Virus record (IMG/VR): IMGVR_UViG_3300032236_000815
Span: 24,585-88,584 of that record
Strand: one strand, 5' to 3'
Source: a virus
Length of the DNA stretch: 64,000 nucleotides
Of the stretch, positions 47,884 through 58,895 are shown in pieces. The position numbers were made by a program, and so were the translations under genes. The notes under the pieces were generated by a model. It worked only from the letters and a program-made list of their open reading frames with translations. It did not search any database and had not been told where the DNA came from. The first letter of the stretch is position 1. Every line of letters begins with the position of its first letter.

Positions 47884-49349
47884 TTAGTTGGGGTATATCA
47901 GCAAACAGTCATGATGCGGCATTAGCTGTATTTCTTGACGAGAAATTAGTATTTGCTAGTCATAGCGAGCGTTATAGCGGCATTAAAAACGATAGAGATT
48001 TGTGCAAAGGTCTAGTTGCAGATGCAAAAAGATTTGGTTCTCCAGACAAAGTTTATTGGTACGAAAAGCCTCTTAAGAAAACAATTCGTCAATTATTTGC
48101 AGGGCAAGGTTGGAAACGCCGTGACAATGATATAGAAATTTACATGGCAAGATATGAAATCGATGCTCCTATTACCTATGTAGATCATCACCATAGCCAT
48201 GCGGCATTAGGATATTATACTAGTGGATTCGATGATGCCGCGGTCTTAGTTATAGACGCAATTGGCGAATTTGAAACTATGACTATATGGCAGGGCAAAG
48301 GCGACAAACTTAAAAAGATTTGGAGTCAAAGTTATCCACATAGCATAGGTTTGTTTTATTCTGCTATGACACAGCGCATTGGACTAAAGCCTAACGAAGA
48401 CGAATACATTACAATGGGTATGGCCGCATATGGCGAGGCTTGGAAATTCACTAGCATGATGCGTACTGACTTTGTTAAAGATTTTAGCAAAGCAACATTC
48501 AAACGTAACTTCCACAGAGGTTGTCAAGACTGGGCCCCGGGTGTATGGGTCAGTGAATATTTTGATCTTGCGGCATCTACTCAGTATATCTATGAACGAT
48601 ATTTTGAACATGCTCTTGAAAAAGCAAAAGAGTTGACCAAGAGTAATAATTTAGTACTTATGGGCGGGTGTGCATTAAATTGCCTTGCTAATCGTATTAC
48701 TGGTAGATACTTTGATAAAACATGGATCTACCCTAATCCAGGAGACGCAGGTTCTGCTATTGGTGCAGTACTGGCAAAACATCCTAACTGGAAAGACTAT
48801 ACAGACTGGTCCGATACATTCTTAGGATACGACATGGGATACCGGTCTTCAAACGAAGATATTGTATCTTACTTAGAAGAAAATAAAATCTGCGGTGTTG
48901 CTAGAGGTAAAGCAGAGTTTGGCCCACGGGCGCTAGGAAATAGATCATTACTAGCAGATCCCCGTGGAGATGATATAAAGGATAAAGTAAATGCTATTAA
49001 ACAAAGACAAGAATTTAGACCATTTGCTCCCGCGATTTTGGAGGAGCTATGTGACACTTACTTTGATATGCCTCCTGGCTGGGATAACAGTAGGTATATG
49101 CAGGTCGTCGCTCGTTGCAGGGTTCCTGACTTATTACCTGCTATCGTGCATAGGGACGGCACTAGTCGTGTCCAAACTGTCCCAAATGACGGAAGCCCCT
49201 TCAGAAAACTCTTAGAGTTGTGGTATGCAAAAACTGGGTGTCCTATGTTGCTTAACACTAGTTTGAACATCAAAGGACAGCCTATGGTTAATAATCATGC
49301 AGATGCAAAAAACTTTGAACGCCATTATGGTGTTAAAGTGTTTAATTAA
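47880..49349 (+). CDS. Carbamoyltransferase (NodU/CmcH family)
   Basis: HDAA, HH.SHA, GGCALNC, PGDAG, EFGPRALGNRS, FRPFAP, LNTSLN. Confidence 0.94.
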   Translation: MISWGISANSHDAALAVFLDEKLVFASHSERYSGIKNDRDLCKGLVADAKRFGSPDKVYWYEKPLKKTIRQLFAGQGWKRRDNDIEIYMARYEIDAPITYVDHHHSHAALGYYTSGFDDAAVLVIDAIGEFETMTIWQGKGDKLKKIWSQSYPHSIGLFYSAMTQRIGLKPNEDEYITMGMAAYGEAWKFTSMMRTDFVKDFSKATFKRNFHRGCQDWAPGVWVSEYFDLAASTQYIYERYFEHALEKAKELTKSNNLVLMGGCALNCLANRITGRYFDKTWIYPNPGDAGSAIGAVLAKHPNWKDYTDWSDTFLGYDMGYRSSNEDIVSYLEENKICGVARGKAEFGPRALGNRSLLADPRGDDIKDKVNAIKQRQEFRPFAPAILEELCDTYFDMPPGWDNSRYMQVVARCRVPDLLPAIVHRDGTSRVQTVPNDGSPFRKLLELWYAKTGCPMLLNTSLNIKGQPMVNNHADAKNFERHYGVKVFN

Positions 49350-49364
49350 AGTGTATAATAAGAA

Positions 49365-50780
49365 ATGGCTCAAAATATAAATTACGGATATGATGTACAG
49401 AAATTGTACTTAGAAATGATGTTAAGCGATGCGGAAACATTTGTACGTTGTCAGAGTATTTTTGACCACACATTGTTTGATCGCAAGTTGCAAGACTCGG
49501 CAGAGTTTATTAACAAGTATGTAGAAGAATATAGTGTACTACCTACATTTGACATTGTAAATGCGTCTACTGGTGGCAATTTAAAGGTACCTGAAGGTGT
49601 TAGAGAAGCAAACTATGATTGGGTATTAAATGACTTTGAAACCTTTATTAGACACAAAGGTCTCGAGAGAGCAATTTTAGAAAGTGCCGACTTACTAGAA
49701 AAAGGTGAGTATGGTCCGGTCGAAGAAAAGATCAAAAAAGCAGTACAAATCGGGTTACAACGTGACATGGGTACTGATTATTTTGAAGACCCGAGAGCAC
49801 GTCTTGCAAGGATCAAGGACAAAAATGGACAAATATCGACAGGTTGGAAGAGCATCGACGACAAACTGTATGGTGGCTTTAATCGCGGTGAGCTCAATAT
49901 TTGGGCTGGTGGTTCTGGTGCAGGAAAATCCTTATTTTTGGCAAATCTTGGTGTCAATTATGCTCTCGCTGGTCTCAATGTTCTTTACCTTACATTAGAA
50001 CTTTCAGAGGACTTGGTGTGTATGCGTATTGATGCGATGACCACTGGAATCCCCACAAGAGAAATTTTCAAGAGCATCGATGACGTTGAAATGAAGGTTA
50101 AGATGATCGGTAAAAAATCCGGAAATCTTCAGGTCAAATACATGCCTTCGGGTAAAACTGCCAACGACATTCGTGCTTATATGAAAGAGTATGAAGTCAA
50201 ATTAGGACACAAGATTGATGTGTTGCTTGTGGACTATATGGACTTGATTATGCCTTTGAGCAAGCGAATCAGTGCTGAAAACTTGTTCGTGAAAGACAAA
50301 TATGTATCGGAAGAATTACGAAATTTAGCAGTAGAAAAGAACTGTGTGTTTGTAACTGCGGCACAGTTGAACCGTGGTGCCGTTGAAGAAGTTGAGTTCG
50401 ATCACTCGCATATCTCAGGTGGTTTGAGTAAGATTCAGACAGCAGATAACGTGTTTGGTATCTTTACAAGTCGTGCTATGCGTGAGCGTGGACGCTATCA
50501 AATTCAGTTGATGAAGACACGTTCTAGTAGTGGCGTTGGCATGAAGATTGACTTGGAGTTTAACATAGATACATTGCGTATTACGGACCTAGAAGAACAA
50601 GATGGATATGGAAGTGGAACGCAAAGTGCAGGTAGTACATTACTGAACAGTATTAAACAAAGACAAACAATAGCTCAAGAAAATCCAACAGATGGTGTAG
50701 CAGTACCAAAAGTTCGTGCTCAAGTTGAAAGTTCTAAGTTAAGAGATTTGTTGGCAAACCTGCCCGGTGACGAGTTGTAA
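49365..50780 (+). CDS. gp41: Replicative DnaB-like helicase
   Basis: GGSGAGKS, TLELSE, VDYMD, TAAQLNR, MKTR. Confidence 0.92.
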   Translation: MAQNINYGYDVQKLYLEMMLSDAETFVRCQSIFDHTLFDRKLQDSAEFINKYVEEYSVLPTFDIVNASTGGNLKVPEGVREANYDWVLNDFETFIRHKGLERAILESADLLEKGEYGPVEEKIKKAVQIGLQRDMGTDYFEDPRARLARIKDKNGQISTGWKSIDDKLYGGFNRGELNIWAGGSGAGKSLFLANLGVNYALAGLNVLYLTLELSEDLVCMRIDAMTTGIPTREIFKSIDDVEMKVKMIGKKSGNLQVKYMPSGKTANDIRAYMKEYEVKLGHKIDVLLVDYMDLIMPLSKRISAENLFVKDKYVSEELRNLAVEKNCVFVTAAQLNRGAVEEVEFDHSHISGGLSKIQTADNVFGIFTSRAMRERGRYQIQLMKTRSSSGVGMKIDLEFNIDTLRITDLEEQDGYGSGTQSAGSTLLNSIKQRQTIAQENPTDGVAVPKVRAQVESSKLRDLLANLPGDEL

Positions 50781-50846
50781 TCCTCTTGTAATATGATTTT
50801 GCTGATGTTATAATAAATACGCATATAATTAAATCGGAAGCGAATC

Positions 50847-51290
50847 ATGGAACTACACCACATCAGAGATCTGACCGACCCACTGGTCAAAATCATTAAG
50901 GACGACCCAGTTCGTCCGCACATCCCACTCGAGCAACGTATCAACGAAGCCGCAGAAATTCTTATCCTTAAAGCTGGGGAGGAAGTTCTGGCGGCCACTT
51001 GTATGCAGTGGTTAACTGAAGTTCCAGAAGACGAAGAAGATCTTGTTGAAATCTCAAAAGACAAAAATGTTGCGGTATTTTACACTATTTGGAGCTATAG
51101 TCCAGGTGCAGGACAGAAGCTACTTAAACAAGCCGCAGAATGGTTGCTTCGCGATTATAAAGACATTAAAGGTATTGTAACTTTAAGTCCACAAACAGAA
51201 ATGGCCAAGCGATTCCATCTAAAAAATGGTGCAAAAATTCGCCGTCAAAACCCAACAAGCGTTAACTACGAATACTATTTCAAGGAATAG
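50847..51290 (+). CDS. Hypothetical protein, possible GNAT-like fold
   Basis: FYTIWS...GAG.KLL and A.RFH.KNG resemble acetyl-CoA-binding motifs. Confidence 0.5.
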   Translation: MELHHIRDLTDPLVKIIKDDPVRPHIPLEQRINEAAEILILKAGEEVLAATCMQWLTEVPEDEEDLVEISKDKNVAVFYTIWSYSPGAGQKLLKQAAEWLLRDYKDIKGIVTLSPQTEMAKRFHLKNGAKIRRQNPTSVNYEYYFKE

Positions 51291-51325
51291 TTTTAGGTAA
51301 ATACTAGTCAATAAGGACTAGTTTT

Positions 51326-51895
51326 ATGACAACGCCGCAAAGGTCTGTTAGGTTACAGAGATTCCATTCAGTTGAATTATTAGGAAATAGCGCCAATTCT
51401 GGCGAAGTTTTCTATGATGCCGACCAAAATACTTTACGTGTTTTTGATGGACAAACAACCGGCGGATTTAGCTTATTAAAAGCCGATTTAAGTAATGCTA
51501 CAGGGATAGTTGGTGGTGTAACAGTCGGTACGGCACCTCCAGCAAAAGCCAAAGCTGGCATTATGTGGCTTAATTCCAATACCGGTGCATTGTACGTTTA
51601 TTACACAGATAGCACTAATAATAGCTACTGGGTTCAGACTGAAACATTTTCAACAGGTATAACAGATGTTGCCGTAACTGCCAACATAGAAGGCGGCACC
51701 TCTGCTACATCATATAGCCGAAGCGAAGTTAGATTAGACGGCGGCACAAGCATATCTACATATTCATTAAGTCAGGCAAATACTGCCTTAGACGGTGGCG
51801 GATCAGTATCAGCATATAACAGTCAAACAGATCTACTCGTAGACGGTGGAGGTTCCGTCGCGGTGTATAATAGTACAAACTACAGTGGTAGTTAA
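51326..51895 (+). CDS. Fibre-associated protein with four (D/E)GG.S...Y repeats
   Basis: GEVFYD....LRVFDG...GG; G.MWLNS.TG.LYVYY. Confidence 0.55.
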   Translation: MTTPQRSVRLQRFHSVELLGNSANSGEVFYDADQNTLRVFDGQTTGGFSLLKADLSNATGIVGGVTVGTAPPAKAKAGIMWLNSNTGALYVYYTDSTNNSYWVQTETFSTGITDVAVTANIEGGTSATSYSRSEVRLDGGTSISTYSLSQANTALDGGGSVSAYNSQTDLLVDGGGSVAVYNSTNYSGS

Positions 51896-51916
51896 TTTTA
51901 ATAATGGAGCCCATAA

Positions 51917-52579
51917 ATGGCAAATAAAATTCAATTAAGACGTGACACAGCGGCAAGCTGGACTACAAATAATCCGACGCTGAGTCAAGGCGAACCTGGA
52001 TTAGAAACAGATACCTTTAAAATTAAGTACGGCGATGGTACAACTCCTTGGAACAGTTTAAGTTATCCTTCTGGAAGTAGCTACTCATTACCAACTGCAA
52101 CTACTAGTGTTTTAGGCGGAGTTAAAGTTGACGGTACAACAATTACTGTAAACAATGGTGTGATCAGTGCCGCATCACAAGGCGGTTCTTATAATAATAT
52201 TACCTTAACTGGAACAACAACAGTTCAAGAAATTACCGAAGTCGTTAATACAAAGACAGGCGCAACTGGTGTTGTTACACACGATTACGCTACTGGGTCT
52301 ATTTTTTATCATTCAAATATTATTTCAAGTTTTACTGTAAATTTAATTAATGTTCCAAATACTACTAACAGAACTGTTACGTTGACGTTAGTTTTACAAC
52401 AAGGCGGAACTAACTACATTCCAAACGGATTCCAAATTAACGGAACTAGTTATAGTATCGGTTGGGCGGGCGGTATCACTCCAAGTGGTGTTGCTAACAA
52501 AATCAACTATGTAACATTCTTCCTATTAAATGTTAACAGTACATGGACTGTTAACGGCAACCTAAGCTCATACGGTTAA
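51917..52579 (+). CDS. Short fibre with Mtd_N/hyaluronidase-type N-terminus
   Basis: IQLRRDTAA.W...NP.L..GEPGLETDT.KIKYGDG...WNSL.Y. Confidence 0.8.
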   Translation: MANKIQLRRDTAASWTTNNPTLSQGEPGLETDTFKIKYGDGTTPWNSLSYPSGSSYSLPTATTSVLGGVKVDGTTITVNNGVISAASQGGSYNNITLTGTTTVQEITEVVNTKTGATGVVTHDYATGSIFYHSNIISSFTVNLINVPNTTNRTVTLTLVLQQGGTNYIPNGFQINGTSYSIGWAGGITPSGVANKINYVTFFLLNVNSTWTVNGNLSSYG

Positions 52580-52587
52580 TATAAACT

Positions 52588-53235
52588 ATGTCACTGATTT
52601 TTCCTAGTAACCCTACATTAAACCAAACTTTTACCTCTAATGGTACTACTTGGTTTTGGGATAGTGTAGCCTGGACTGTACTTCCTACAGATAGTCCTAG
52701 TTTTAACAATATTACAGTTGGTAATACTGTTCAAGCTAACAACTTCTACGGGACAATGTTTGGTCCAGTAGTAGGTAATGTTACAGGAAACTTAACAGGT
52801 AATGTTACAGGAAACTTAACAGGTAATGTAAATGCTACATCCGTCGTGGCAAATACATTAACTGGTGCAATTAGTACTGCCGCACAACCAAATATTACTA
52901 GTTTAGGTACGTTAAATTCTTTAACAGTTCAGGGTGCAATTACTGCCAGTAATATTGCGGCAATCATAACAACTCCGGCACAGCCTTATATTACAAGTGT
53001 AGGAACTTTATCAAGTCTTGCAGTTACCGCAGGTATAACAGCTTCTACACTAACCGGAACTATTAATACTGCTACACAACCTAATATAACAAGTGTGGGA
53101 ACATTAACAAGTGTATCAACAACCGGAGCAATTCGAGTAAACGGGCAAACTATAGTGGATTCTAGTGGTAATGTGTACGCAGGATCAATCAAACTTAAAT
53201 CGCTATCAATAGCGATGGCAGCGGCTCTGTCATAA
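52588..53235 (+). CDS. Fibre shaft-like protein
   Basis: GNVT/GNLT and AQPNITS.GTL repeats; C-terminal KSLSIAMAAALS. Confidence 0.7.
   Translation: MSLIFPSNPTLNQTFTSNGTTWFWDSVAWTVLPTDSPSFNNITVGNTVQANNFYGTMFGPVVGNVTGNLTGNVTGNLTGNVNATSVVANTLTGAISTAAQPNITSLGTLNSLTVQGAITASNIAAIITTPAQPYITSVGTLSSLAVTAGITASTLTGTINTATQPNITSVGTLTSVSTTGAIRVNGQTIVDSSGNVYAGSIKLKSLSIAMAAALS
52774..52829 (+). repeat. 24-nt coding tandem repeat GGTAATGTTACAGGAAACTTAACA x2.3
   Basis: Direct reading. Confidence 0.85.
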
Positions 53236-53263
53236 CCCGATAAATATACTACTAGGAGCGACG

Positions 53264-54124
53264 ATGTCAGTACAGATTAAATTAAGAAGAGATACAGCGG
53301 CAAATTGGGTTAACGTAAACCCAATTTTAGGTGCCGGTGAACCAGGCTTAGAAACCGATACAAATAAGATCAAGTACGGTGATGGGCAAAGCCGTTGGAA
53401 TTCTCTTCCATACCCTACTGTAACATTCCCGACTACAATTGCCGCGGCTAGTTTAGCCGCAAACGTTGCTGGTGGAGCCGCAAATCAGATTCTTTATCAA
53501 ACTCAAGCAGGTACTACTGGATTTATTACAGCGCCAACACAAATTGGTTTCTTACAATGGACTGGTTCAGGTTATAGCTGGAGTACAGGCGGTTACGCAC
53601 AAGGTTCTCAAATTTCAGGTACAATTTTAGCATCAAATATTGTAACTTCTAGTCTTACTACAGTTGGTACCTTAACAGGATTAACTGTCACAGGCGCTAT
53701 CCAAGCTAATGGTGGAGTTGCCGGTAATGTCACAGGAAATTTAACTGGAAATGTAACTGGAAATGTAACTGGAAACGCAACTACAGCAACCGCATTACAA
53801 AATTCAAGAACAATTAACGGTGTAGCATTTGATGGTACACAAAATATTACTGTCACTGCGGTAGCAACCAGCGCACCTGCAAATAGTCTTACTGGAAACA
53901 CTCTAGCAAGCGGTGTTACTACAAGTAGTTTAACTAGTGTAGGCACATTGAGTAGTTTAACTGTAAATGGTACAACTACCCATACTGGAGGAGCAGTTTC
54001 AATAACATACGGTACTGGAAATGCACTGTCAGTTACTGGAAATGCTAGTGTTTCTGGCGTATTATCGGTGGGCGGAACAAACATAAAATCATTGGCTCTA
54101 GCTTTCGCCGCGGCAATGAGTTAA
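53264..54124 (+). CDS. Fibre protein with Mtd_N-type N-terminus
   Basis: IKLRRDTAANW...GEPGLETDT; RTINGVAFDGT.NI; C-terminal KSLALAFAAAMS. Confidence 0.8.
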   Translation: MSVQIKLRRDTAANWVNVNPILGAGEPGLETDTNKIKYGDGQSRWNSLPYPTVTFPTTIAAASLAANVAGGAANQILYQTQAGTTGFITAPTQIGFLQWTGSGYSWSTGGYAQGSQISGTILASNIVTSSLTTVGTLTGLTVTGAIQANGGVAGNVTGNLTGNVTGNVTGNATTATALQNSRTINGVAFDGTQNITVTAVATSAPANSLTGNTLASGVTTSSLTSVGTLSSLTVNGTTTHTGGAVSITYGTGNALSVTGNASVSGVLSVGGTNIKSLALAFAAAMS

Positions 54125-54153
54125 ACAATAAATATAAGATCACGGAGAATTAA

Positions 54154-57100
54154 ATGGCAAAGAGTCAACTTAGACAATACGTTTTTACACCAGGGAATGC
54201 CGGAGCAGGCACTGTAGAAGTACCGGGTAAAATCGACCTACAACAATTATTGATTATTACTAACACAACTAGTAATCAAATCATATACAACTTTGCAGAT
54301 CCTGTATATTCAGGAACAACTGTAACTTTTAATCGTGCAAACGATTCTAGTTTTCCTACAGCGTTAGACAACGCGGATGGTACAACTACGATTACATTGA
54401 GTGTTAGCACTTCTACTCAAAGTTCAACAGATAAGTTACAGATTTTTTACGAACAGCCATATCAATATGTACGTATTCCAGAAGTTGGCACTGATGCATT
54501 TGAACGCACTCGTGTTGCTCCTCCACAGTCTATGCTTGACGCTGACTTTGAATACGGACTACAGCCAACTAAGTGGTTAACTATTAGTCAACAGCGTGGA
54601 TATCCTTCCATTTATGAAATTCCAGGAACAGACATAGCAGTAACGGCTGTAACAACAGATGCTAGCTCAGGTGCAGGCGGCCTTTCTACAGCTGAATCTG
54701 TTATTACTGTAACCACTGGCTTAGCACACGGCTACTCCGTAGGTACTCCGTTTACAATCAAAGGTATGAACAGTGCCATCATAGGCTATGACCGTTCTGA
54801 AGGTTCTTTCATTGTATATCAAGTGTTAAGCTCGACACAGTTTACCTATATTGCCAAAGGTAAAGTTGGTTTTACAAGCGGCGACAACATTTGGACTGCA
54901 TTCGTACAATTACGTCAAGGCGGCTTCTATACAGGTTCTTCAATTAACGCAGTTATCAACACTACAGCATTAGCTACAAATAGTTCAGGTAACTTAGTTA
55001 CTGTTGGTACAACAGCTGGTATGACTGTCGGTAGCCCAGTTACATTAGGACAAGTAATTACTAACTGTATAGCAACAAGTAGCTCAGGTAATCAAATTAC
55101 GCTAGGAACTACGCTAGGTTTAGCAGTAGGTATGCCAATGGTATTTTCTGGATCTAGCTTTGGTGGTATCACTAGCGGAACAACATACTATGTACTAACT
55201 ATTGTTGATACCAAAACTATTACAATGAGTACTACACAAAACGGTAGTGTATTTGTTCCAACAACAGCACAGAACGGTAATATGAACGTTACTGCTGGCG
55301 CAAGTTTTGGCGGACTAGTAGCTAATAATAATACTGCTGGTAATACATATTATATTACTAGTATTCCAACACCAGGTACAAACGGTACAGTTACATTGAG
55401 TACTAACCTTCAATATACAACTACAATTACCAACACAAACAGTATCACTAACGGTGTTAAATTTGCAAACTATACTTACCAAGGTCAAACAGTTGGTGGA
55501 ACAACTAACATGACAGTGGGTGAATCAGTAGCTATTAGTGGTAGTACCATTGGTAACTTGGTAGCTGGTACATATTACATCTATCAGATTTTAGATAATA
55601 ACTATGCTATCTTAACTGCAACACAAGGTGGTGCACCATTTGTACAAACTACAGCCGCTGGTTCGATGAACGTTACTGTAGGTACAAACGTTACCTTAAC
55701 AACTGTGGCCGCTAACAGCGGATTCTTATCGTTCACAGCAGTTTGCCCTCCAACATTTACATTCTCTACTCCAGCTACAACTGCTGGTTTTACTGCATCA
55801 TTAAGCGGTAGTACATTGACTGTAACCAGCGTTGCTAGCGGTTCGTTAGCTGTTGGACAAGCTATTGCGTTGAGTACTGGTAATACTGTGCCAAGCGGTA
55901 CTGTAATTTTAGCTCAAGTTTCTGGTACTACCGGTCAAGCTGGTCAGTATACTGTAACTACAAGCACAGGTAGTATCAGCAGTAATGCTAACTTTATTTC
56001 AGTAGCTACACAAGCAACAATCACTGTGAACACTACTACTCCACACGGTTTAGTAGCAGGCGATACTATTAACGTAGTAGTTACATCTGACAACGGTACA
56101 AACAACCATTTACTTGCAAACGGTCCATTCTTTGTTGAATCTACCACAGCAAACACTGTCAACGGTCAGTCAGTTATTAACCAGTTTACATATACTGCAC
56201 GTGGTGTGGGTATATTAACTAGTGGTACAACTATCTTAGCTCAATTATATGCTCGTCCAGATAGCTATTATTCACACAGACCATTCGATGGCGGTGTACA
56301 ATTAGGAACAGGTTTGCCAAGCTATGGCTCACAAGCTATACGTATGAGCAAGAAGTATATTCGTTATCAATCTGGTAAAGGTATTAACTTTAACACTGGT
56401 TTGCTAATGGCTCCTAACTACTTTGTACGTAGTGTATATGCTAACGGTACTACAGTCGGTAGTACGGTAACTGTAGTAACCGATGACGTGGATCACGGTA
56501 TGCAAGTAGGTGCAACATTTACTCTAAGCGGTGTAACAACTAGCGGTTATAATGGTACTTACGTAGTTAGTGGTATTATTGACGAACGTACAATTCAATT
56601 TGTTTCTACAAACGTTTTAGGTTCAGCACAAGGTGCAATTATCAGCGATCCATGCTTGTTAAGTTTAGTATCATGGGGCGGCGCCGCAGTTCGTTCTGGA
56701 ACATACGATGAGCAAAACGGTGTGTTCTGGCAATATGACGGCCAAGTAATTAGTTGTGTACGCCGTTCTAGCACATTCCAGTTAGCTGGTACTATTACTG
56801 TTATTCAAGGTAGCGGACAAATTATTGGTCAGAATACTCGCTTTACTTCACAACTATATGTAGGTTGTAAGATTGTTATTCGTGGTATGAGCCATACAGT
56901 AACTCACGTTATCAGCGATACATTGATGTATGTTAACCCACAATGGCGTGGTGCTAACAGTGTATCAGGTATTAAGGCAACACGTACAATTGATTATGTT
57001 GTACCACAAAGTAAGTGGAACGTGGACCGTTGCGATGGTTCAAATGGCCCTTACAATCCAAGCGGATATCAGATTAACCCAAGTAAGATGCAGATGGTTG

Positions 57101-58863
57101 GCTTACAATGGACTTGGTATGGTGCTGGATTTATTGACTGGATGATTCGTGGTCCAGAAGGTAGATACATTACTGTACATCGTTTACGTAACAACAACTT
57201 GAACAACGAAGCTTGGATGCGAGCAGGTAACATGCCTGTACGTTTTGAAGTAAGTAACGAAGGTGGTGCTAATAATCTAGCACAAAACGTGCTAGTTGGT
57301 GAAACAAACACAATATATCTAAACGATGTAAGCAGTTTCCCAGCATCAGGTACTATAATGATTGATAACGAGTTTATCACTTACGGAAGTAAGAGTGCTA
57401 GTTTGAATACATTAAACTACCTAGCACGAGCTCAACCAATAGCACCGTGGGCAACTGGTGGATATCGTACATTCACAGCAGGTGCCGCGGCAGCTCACTC
57501 AGCAGGTACTGGTGTTGTTGTAATTGGACAAACAGCTAGTCCAGTCGTAAGTCACTGGGGTGCGGCGTTTGTACAAGACGGCGGATTTGACTCAGATCGT
57601 TCATACATTTTCAACTACAGTCAGCCTAACGTTAACATTTCAACTAAGAAGACTACAGCGTTTGCTGTGCGTCTAGCACCTAGCGTAAGTAACGCTCTTC
57701 CAGGAGATCTTGGACAGCGTGAACTTATTAACCGTGCGAGTTTCTTGCTACAACAGCTAGAATCTAGTGCGGGTACTGGTGGCGGTAACGCGGCCTTGGT
57801 TATTGAAGGTATTATTAACCCAAGTAATATGCCAACTCCAAGCAACATCAGCTTTGCTAGTTTGAACTCTATAGCCAACCCAACTGGACAGCCAAGTTTC
57901 AGTCAAGTTGCTACAGGATCAACCATGGTGTTTGCTGGCGCAGTCAACAACTACTTGATAGTACCTATTGCATTACCACTTGGTTCTACAACTATTCCGT
58001 TGACTCTAAACCCAGCTACACAAGCACCAGCAGTATCAGTGGCAGACGACATTTTCTTCCCAAGCACAACTGGTGCGTTGAACGGTTTAACTCGTGTGAG
58101 CACACTAGCAACTAGTTCTGCTACATTCACAAGTACTATCTCAACTAGTACAACTGCTAGTATCACAACTGGTTCTATTGCTGGTACTGTATTCACTGCT
58201 ACAACAGTCGGTTCAGGTACACTACAAGCTGGTATGGTTCTAAGCGGCGGCGGTATTGCTACTGGTACATATCTTGTTGCTCCAATCGCAGGCGGCACAG
58301 GTTCAGGATCTACTTGGACAGTAAGTATTAGCCAAACAACAACAGCAGGTTCAAGTACTGCTACATTGTATGCTCTAAGCACTACAATTGGTACTGGTAC
58401 TATCCTAGTTGGTAGTGCAGTAACCGGTGGTACAATTGCCGCTGGTACATACATTGCTAACCAAGTTAGTGGTACAACTGGTGGTACTGGTGTGTATGCG
58501 TTGATTAACATTGCAGGTAACACTCCAGCAAGTGGACAAAACCCAACAGGTTCTACCTACTACGGTGTAACTGTTAACCAAGGTGTAATTACCTTTGTTC
58601 CAAGCACAAGCACTGGTACAGTTATTAACATTAGTCGTAACACTTACGCACTACCTGGTGAAACTGTATTCTCGTACATTAACGCTCCAGCTAACAAGGA
58701 CGCATTGGACTTGACAGCATTTAAAGAATTGACCAATACACCAATCGGCGGACGCGGTTGCTATCCGAACGGTTGTGACGTATTATTTGTTAATGCTTAC
58801 ATTACACAAGGTTCACCAATTAACCAGAACTTAGTTCTACGTTGGGGTGAAGCTCAAGCGTAA
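54154..58863 (+). CDS. Large virion structural/fibre protein (1569 aa)
   Basis: DADFEYGLQ.TKW, YIRYQSGKG, W.WYGAG motifs; same repeat modules as the first gene. Confidence 0.75.
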   Translation: MAKSQLRQYVFTPGNAGAGTVEVPGKIDLQQLLIITNTTSNQIIYNFADPVYSGTTVTFNRANDSSFPTALDNADGTTTITLSVSTSTQSSTDKLQIFYEQPYQYVRIPEVGTDAFERTRVAPPQSMLDADFEYGLQPTKWLTISQQRGYPSIYEIPGTDIAVTAVTTDASSGAGGLSTAESVITVTTGLAHGYSVGTPFTIKGMNSAIIGYDRSEGSFIVYQVLSSTQFTYIAKGKVGFTSGDNIWTAFVQLRQGGFYTGSSINAVINTTALATNSSGNLVTVGTTAGMTVGSPVTLGQVITNCIATSSSGNQITLGTTLGLAVGMPMVFSGSSFGGITSGTTYYVLTIVDTKTITMSTTQNGSVFVPTTAQNGNMNVTAGASFGGLVANNNTAGNTYYITSIPTPGTNGTVTLSTNLQYTTTITNTNSITNGVKFANYTYQGQTVGGTTNMTVGESVAISGSTIGNLVAGTYYIYQILDNNYAILTATQGGAPFVQTTAAGSMNVTVGTNVTLTTVAANSGFLSFTAVCPPTFTFSTPATTAGFTASLSGSTLTVTSVASGSLAVGQAIALSTGNTVPSGTVILAQVSGTTGQAGQYTVTTSTGSISSNANFISVATQATITVNTTTPHGLVAGDTINVVVTSDNGTNNHLLANGPFFVESTTANTVNGQSVINQFTYTARGVGILTSGTTILAQLYARPDSYYSHRPFDGGVQLGTGLPSYGSQAIRMSKKYIRYQSGKGINFNTGLLMAPNYFVRSVYANGTTVGSTVTVVTDDVDHGMQVGATFTLSGVTTSGYNGTYVVSGIIDERTIQFVSTNVLGSAQGAIISDPCLLSLVSWGGAAVRSGTYDEQNGVFWQYDGQVISCVRRSSTFQLAGTITVIQGSGQIIGQNTRFTSQLYVGCKIVIRGMSHTVTHVISDTLMYVNPQWRGANSVSGIKATRTIDYVVPQSKWNVDRCDGSNGPYNPSGYQINPSKMQMVGLQWTWYGAGFIDWMIRGPEGRYITVHRLRNNNLNNEAWMRAGNMPVRFEVSNEGGANNLAQNVLVGETNTIYLNDVSSFPASGTIMIDNEFITYGSKSASLNTLNYLARAQPIAPWATGGYRTFTAGAAAAHSAGTGVVVIGQTASPVVSHWGAAFVQDGGFDSDRSYIFNYSQPNVNISTKKTTAFAVRLAPSVSNALPGDLGQRELINRASFLLQQLESSAGTGGGNAALVIEGIINPSNMPTPSNISFASLNSIANPTGQPSFSQVATGSTMVFAGAVNNYLIVPIALPLGSTTIPLTLNPATQAPAVSVADDIFFPSTTGALNGLTRVSTLATSSATFTSTISTSTTASITTGSIAGTVFTATTVGSGTLQAGMVLSGGGIATGTYLVAPIAGGTGSGSTWTVSISQTTTAGSSTATLYALSTTIGTGTILVGSAVTGGTIAAGTYIANQVSGTTGGTGVYALINIAGNTPASGQNPTGSTYYGVTVNQGVITFVPSTSTGTVINISRNTYALPGETVFSYINAPANKDALDLTAFKELTNTPIGGRGCYPNGCDVLFVNAYITQGSPINQNLVLRWGEAQA

Positions 58864-58869
58864 TCAAAC

Positions 58870-58894
58870 AAAAAGCTCCGAAAGGAGCTTTTTT
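58870..58894. terminator. Bidirectional intrinsic terminator
   Basis: AAAAAGCTCC-GAAA-GGAGCTTTTTT. Confidence 0.9.
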
Positions 58895-58895
58895 G

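Noticed and set aside
30578-50780. Inteins in terminase, UvsX, UvsW or helicase
   Set aside because: Lengths and motif spacing are normal, with no insertions
51917-54124. Diversity-generating retroelement suggested by Mtd_N-like domains
   Set aside because: No reverse transcriptase, and no template/variable repeat pair differing at adenines seen in the window
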